Below, piece by piece: positions 17,775 through 21,459 of a DNA stretch of 21,459 nt. Each line of letters opens with the position of its first letter. Position 1 is the stretch's first letter. Under the pieces are notes generated by a model that worked only from the letters and a program-made list of their open reading frames with translations, had not been told where the DNA came from and searched no databases. Origin of the DNA: Promethearchaeota archaeon (GTDB lineage: Archaea; Asgardarchaeota; Thorarchaeia; Thorarchaeales; Thorarchaeaceae). The stretch spans positions 1 to 21,459 of the forward strand of contig JBHLPF010000046.1 of assembly GCA_048939765.1 (NCBI GenBank), read 5' to 3'. The translations under genes and the position numbers were made by a program.

Positions 17775-18071
17775 CTATCTGTTATCCAGACATTCACAAG
17801 GAGTCTTGCCACATCTTGAACAGGCATTATTGTACTTGTTAAGTAACACTTCCCCCAAGTCAATCTCCAGGAGATTTGCAATTGAGATCACCCATGCAAA
17901 GACATCTGCAATCTCACTCTCGATGTATTCCAATCCTCTATCTTTGGAGATCGCATCACTCAGTTCAGCGAGCTCTTGGAATGTTCTCAGAAGAGTGCGT
18001 TCCAATCCTCGATCTTTGTCCCTCTCAATATAGATCCGACGAATCAGGTCTTGAGCTTCCTTGATATCCAT
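17775..18071 (-). CDS. MazG-like nucleotide pyrophosphohydrolase
   Basis: QELAELSDAI..SEIADVFAWVISIANLLEIDL..KY and C-terminal CSRCGKTPCEC typical of archaeal MazG-like proteins. Confidence 0.85.
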   Translation of the reverse strand: MDIKEAQDLIRRIYIERDKDRGLERTLLRTFQELAELSDAISKDRGLEYIESEIADVFAWVISIANLLEIDLGEVLLNKYNNACSRCGKTPCECLDNR

Positions 18072-18106
18072 TGCATCATCCCCCTTAGGGGCCGCTCTAT
18101 AGGCTC

Positions 18107-19438
18107 TTACATGAACCTCAGATGTGCATATGCATCAGTTTCAGTGTCGAACGCATAGTGCACCTTCTGGTAGTCTTTTCGAAACTCGGAAACATCAGCA
18201 GCAATCTTCTCTTTCTTCTCTCCTTTTATCACCAGACGAGTCATGAACTCTGCAACAGCGTCCATCTCAGACTCCTTCATTCCAAGACGAGTCAATTCGC
18301 TTGTTCCCAAGCGGATGCCACCAGGAGATCTATAATCTCTGCCTCTCTTCTTGTCCCAGGGCAAGAGATTCCTATTGATAATGATATTTGCGTCCTCGAG
18401 CTCTTCCTCAACTACGCTCCCATCCTTCATTGGGGTTTCAGTCACGTCTACTAGAATGACATGTGACTCCGTGAAGCCCTTATGCTCACCAATGACGCTC
18501 CAGCCTCTTTCGTGGAGTGCCTGTGCCAAAGCTTTGGCGTTCTTGAGAATCTGATCCATATACTCAACACCGAACTCCATCATCTCCGCAAGCACCACTG
18601 CGAGACCCGCGACGTTGTGAAGGTGATGATTGCTGAGTAGCCCTGGGAACGATGCTCTCTTGATGCGCTCTGCAAACTCCTCTTTTGCCAACACAATTCC
18701 ATGCTGTGGGCCAGGCATTGTCTTATGTGTAGATGCGGTCACAATGTCCGCTCCTTCCCCAAAGGGGTCTTGGAACCTACCTGCAGCAATTAGACCAGAC
18801 ACGTGGGCAGAGTCATATCCAATTGTCATCCCATACTCATTCGCAATACTGCGAAATTCCTTCACAGGATGTGGGAATGGAAAAACGCTGCCTCCAAAGA
18901 GAAGAAACTTGATCTCATCGCCTCTCTCATGAAGTTTCCTAATCAGGTCTATACTTGCATCAACGTCAATGTTGAACTCCTCCTCATCAAACACCCAGTT
19001 GCGCACCTTGTGCCCTCTTATCTGACCGGCAGTCCCTCCAAGGTCTTTTCTTGCATGCGAGATATGGCCCCCATGTGCAATAGAGAGTGCCATCATCCTT
19101 TCACCAGGATCCATTGCAGCGGTGTACATTGCCAGGTTTGCTACGACCCCTGATATGGGTCTTACATCCACAAACTCGGCATTGAACAGCTTCTTTGCAA
19201 GGTCAATGCAGATTAGTTCAACTTCATCGATGTACTTGCATCCTGCATAGACCCTCTCACCGGGCCAGCCTTCTGCATAGCGGTCTCGAAAGTCACATAC
19301 AATGGCAGACCTGACAGCAGGGGATGATACGTTCTCACTAGCAATTAGGTTGATAGTGTTCTGCATCCACTTGTCATGTTTTTCTAACAAATCGAAAACT
19401 GAATCGTAGAGTTTCTTATGTTCGGTCAACTCGGACAC
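18107..19438 (-). CDS. glyA: Serine hydroxymethyltransferase
   Basis: INLIASEN, RYAEG.PG.R.Y.GC, GGHISH, YDSAH, PLP lysine in STHKTMPGP, GGIRLGT. Confidence 0.97.
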   Translation of the reverse strand: MSELTEHKKLYDSVFDLLEKHDKWMQNTINLIASENVSSPAVRSAIVCDFRDRYAEGWPGERVYAGCKYIDEVELICIDLAKKLFNAEFVDVRPISGVVANLAMYTAAMDPGERMMALSIAHGGHISHARKDLGGTAGQIRGHKVRNWVFDEEEFNIDVDASIDLIRKLHERGDEIKFLLFGGSVFPFPHPVKEFRSIANEYGMTIGYDSAHVSGLIAAGRFQDPFGEGADIVTASTHKTMPGPQHGIVLAKEEFAERIKRASFPGLLSNHHLHNVAGLAVVLAEMMEFGVEYMDQILKNAKALAQALHERGWSVIGEHKGFTESHVILVDVTETPMKDGSVVEEELEDANIIINRNLLPWDKKRGRDYRSPGGIRLGTSELTRLGMKESEMDAVAEFMTRLVIKGEKKEKIAADVSEFRKDYQKVHYAFDTETDAYAHLRFM

Positions 19439-19503
19439 TCCTGAGCCTAGACGATGGGTCGCTAGTTGTGTCCTCGTTATATGGCTTACGACCCGACGTG
19501 GTA

Positions 19504-20043
19504 TTATGCGTCTTTAACCTCACGCAGCTGGAAGACTAGATTGCTGAATATCTCTTCGATATTCTCTCCTGTCTTTGCTGAAACTTCGAAATATTTCACG
19601 TCTAACCAATCAGCGAGCATCTTCCCCGCCTCAACTGGTACTTTTCTATCCTTCAAGTCTACTTTGTTTGCCAGCACGACTACACTAGCCTTAGGACAGA
19701 CTGCTACAAACTTCATGAACCAATCATGAATGGTCATGAATGAGGAAGGTCTTGACACGTCGTATATGATCAGACCTATCAGGGCGCCATCCATATAGCG
19801 TTGTCTCAACTCGTTATACGAAGGCTGACCAGCCAAATCCCATAGCACAACTCGGATGCGCAAATTTCGACCAGACGGATTTGTGTGATCAAGCGATTTT
19901 ACATAGAAAGAAGTCCCAATTGTAGACTTGTACTCTTCTCTGAATGTGTTATCAGTATATCTTCTGATGCAGCTTGTCTTTCCCACTGCATAATCCCCAA
20001 GTGCGACAACTTTCAGCAAAATGGGGACTGGTTTTTCTTCCAT
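19504..20043 (-). CDS. Rab-like small GTPase (Ras superfamily)
   Basis: G1 GDYAVGKT, G2 YKSTIG, G3 WDLAGQ, G4 NKVD, G5 SAK; no C-terminal cysteine prenylation motif. Confidence 0.92.
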   Translation of the reverse strand: MEEKPVPILLKVVALGDYAVGKTSCIRRYTDNTFREEYKSTIGTSFYVKSLDHTNPSGRNLRIRVVLWDLAGQPSYNELRQRYMDGALIGLIIYDVSRPSSFMTIHDWFMKFVAVCPKASVVVLANKVDLKDRKVPVEAGKMLADWLDVKYFEVSAKTGENIEEIFSNLVFQLREVKDA

Positions 20044-20182
20044 TCAGTGAACTCCTATTTCGGCATCTGCAGTAATCTCGATAAAACTAGATAATAACCA
20101 TTCTAGGATACAGTACAAGGGCACTTTCGAATAACTGCCAGATTCTTCTCTATGTTCGCACTAATTCTGGTCATTGATTTCC

Positions 20183-20214
20183 TAACTTGTTGGTCGTGGA
20201 ATTTCAGTTCCCAC
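20183..20214 (+). repeat. Degenerate direct copy of the tRNA-Lys 3' half (tRNA relic or att-like site)
   Basis: TAACTTGTTGGTCGTGG at 20183-20199 is identical to 21247-21263; it is followed by a degenerate T arm ending in TCCCAC. Confidence 0.75.
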
Positions 20215-20302
20215 TTTCAATGATAATGCAAAAGAGAAGGTTAGGCTACATCTTCATTCAAGGTGGACTCCAATAACGGTGCCATTGTTAATGAACAATG
20301 TC

Positions 20303-20340
20303 AGAAAAAGAAAGATTGTGACGAGCAATCAACTGATTGC
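20303..20340 (-). terminator. Probable ssb terminator (inverted repeat plus U-rich tract)
   Basis: GCAATCA-nn-TGATTGC (20325-20340) followed on the minus strand by TCTTTCTTTTTCT, starting about 50 nt after the ssb stop. Confidence 0.45.
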
Positions 20341-20390
20341 CCGTCCGCAACTAATCAGCTGCAATGAAGCCTTGGTCTTGTCAGTGGTTT

Positions 20391-20933
20391 CTAGTACCGA
20401 CGACGATTGTCTCGTCCGCCGCCACCGTAGCCACCACTACGACGATCTCTGCCGCCGTAGCTATCACGGCCACCGTAACCACCACCACGGCGGTCACCAC
20501 CACCATAACCGCCACCGCCTCGGCCGCCACCACTGTAGCCGCCTCGCCGTCGGTTGTCTTCATGCTCCTCGGCAGACATATCAAGATCCATATTGACTTC
20601 GTCAATTGCCTCTCTAGCATCAGAAAGTTCACCATACTTCCCAATGTTGAGTCGTAGGTTGCCTCTGAATAGACCTGTGTAGCCGTTTTTCAGTGTGTAA
20701 GTGTTTCCAATCTCCACTTCGTCGATGTGTGCATCCCAAAGGGGTACTGATACGACTGCAGTTGAATCGCCAACTACAGCGTCCATCACGCGATGGCTCT
20801 CTCCGTTGTCACGAGAAGTAACCTCGCGCTCTTCACCAGTTTCCAAGACTTTGAAGGAAATGGTGACATTCTTCATTCGTGGCTTTAACTCAGCCACAGT
20901 AGCCTCAATAGGCTCTCTATCGTCGTAACTCAT
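20391..20933 (-). CDS. ssb: Single OB-fold single-stranded nucleic acid binding protein (crenarchaeal-type SSB) with Gly/Arg/Tyr-rich tail
   Basis: VAELKP..NVTISFKVLE, VGDSTAVVSVPLWD, NGYTGLFRGNLRLNIGKYG; tail of RGGGYGG-type repeats. Confidence 0.88.
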   Translation of the reverse strand: MSYDDREPIEATVAELKPRMKNVTISFKVLETGEEREVTSRDNGESHRVMDAVVGDSTAVVSVPLWDAHIDEVEIGNTYTLKNGYTGLFRGNLRLNIGKYGELSDAREAIDEVNMDLDMSAEEHEDNRRRGGYSGGGRGGGGYGGGDRRGGGYGGRDSYGGRDRRSGGYGGGGRDNRRRY

Positions 20934-21149
20934 AGTTCATACTCTCATGTGAGAATAACAGGTCCTACAAAACTAGCGCGATCTTCCGTGGAGTGCGATG
21001 TTGGATTGAATCCTCAAAGAAACCAGTCTGAAAAGCAGCTCTTTCGTGGTATTCCTGCACCTCTAAGGCGCGAGAATTCGCTTAAGATGTTATTTATTGG
21101 ACTGAATCTTACTGATCAGGCAAACTGGAACTTGACTCACCACAACCTC

Positions 21150-21156
21150 TATAAAC
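21150..21156 (+). promoter_or_regulatory. Putative TATA box for tRNA-Lys
   Basis: TATAAAC about 30 nt upstream of the mature tRNA 5' end. Confidence 0.5.
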
Positions 21157-21181
21157 TCAAGACGGTGAAGCACCGCTGCGT

Positions 21182-21287
21182 GGGCCAGTGGCTAAGCCAG
21201 GTATAGCGACAGTACACTCAGATCTTCTCTGGTGTGTTGAAGCTCTTAACTTGTTGGTCGTGGGTTCAAATCCCACCTGGCCCGCCA
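21182..21287 (+). tRNA. tRNA-Lys(CTT) with 29-nt non-canonical intron at position 30/31 (21213-21241); CCA encoded
   Basis: Acceptor GGGCCAG/CTGGCCC, D stem GCTA/TAGC, spliced anticodon stem ACAGG/CTTGT with loop CT-CTT-AA, T arm GTGGG-TTCAAAT-CCCAC, discriminator G plus CCA; the intron forms a bulge-helix-bulge. Confidence 0.93.
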
Positions 21288-21301
21288 CTTATTCTATTAC
21301 C

Positions 21302-21459
21302 TCAATTCTCTGAAAATACTCTGCCCATAACAAGCATATTGTGATGTTTGCCATCTTCACCTAGGTATGCATCACGTAAAATTCCCTCGACTTCAAATCC
21401 TAGCTTCTTGTAGAGTTTGACTGCCGCTTCATTTTCCTCTACAACTTCAAGACCTATTC
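21302..21459 (-). CDS. GNAT acetyltransferase (RimJ/RimL-like), 3' fragment, not in the ORF track
   Basis: Manual translation IGLEVVEENEAAVKLYKKLGFEVEGILRDAYLGEDGKHHNMLVMGRVFSEN-stop contains the GNAT motif N..A..LY.KLGF..EG. Confidence 0.88.
   Translation of the reverse strand, partial: IGLEVVEENEAAVKLYKKLGFEVEGILRDAYLGEDGKHHNMLVMGRVFSEN

Noticed and set aside
331-18932. Numerous 60-160 aa ORFs overlapping assigned genes (e.g. 331-702, 6318-6770, 9552-10040, 16096-16515, 16767-17153)
   Set aside because: Antisense or off-frame to well-supported genes, with no recognisable motifs.
20279-20657. His/Arg-rich and Thr/Ala-rich ORFs (20279-20596 +, 20364-20657 +, 20381-20644 -)
   Set aside because: Alternative-frame shadows of the Gly-rich ssb tail.
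21206-21244. Alternative bulge-helix-bulge register (GACA/TGTT central helix) and a 29/30 intron position
   Set aside because: The first leaves two extra nucleotides in the anticodon arm; the second lacks a 4-bp central helix. Only 30/31 satisfies both.
1-21459. CRISPR array, IS element, integrase, intein or rRNA
   Set aside because: No regularly spaced repeats, terminal inverted repeats, transposase or recombinase motifs, or oversized insertions were seen by eye.

Overview
Gene-dense archaeal core-genome region, most likely from an Asgard archaeon (Thorarchaeia-like; inferred from a Rab-like GTPase, an OSTC/DC2 homologue, a eukaryote-like STT3 and a PAC4-like protein alongside archaeal carS, radB, DP2, mptE and L44e-S27e-aIF2a-nop10). 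It holds replication/repair genes (DP2 3' end, radB, YqgF-like nuclease, XPD, topA, SSB), a folate/one-carbon group (mptE, folP, gcvT, gcvH, glyA), N-glycosylation/translocon genes (OSTC-like, aglB/STT3, Sec61beta), translation genes, and a tRNA-Lys(CTT) with a non-canonical 30/31 intron. No CRISPR array, transposase or integrase was seen. Best leads: (1) a zinc-ribbon protein ending in a type III secretion needle/filament-like helix; (2) clustering of OSTC, STT3 (with an extra DOMON-like domain) and Sec61beta; (3) FolP with its accessory domain at the C-terminus instead of the N-terminus; (4) a forced non-canonical (CTG) start for topA; (5) a decayed tRNA-Lys copy about 1 kb upstream of the intact gene; (6) long structured leaders ahead of the CBS and SSB genes. 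All family assignments come from motif recognition by eye, not from database searches.
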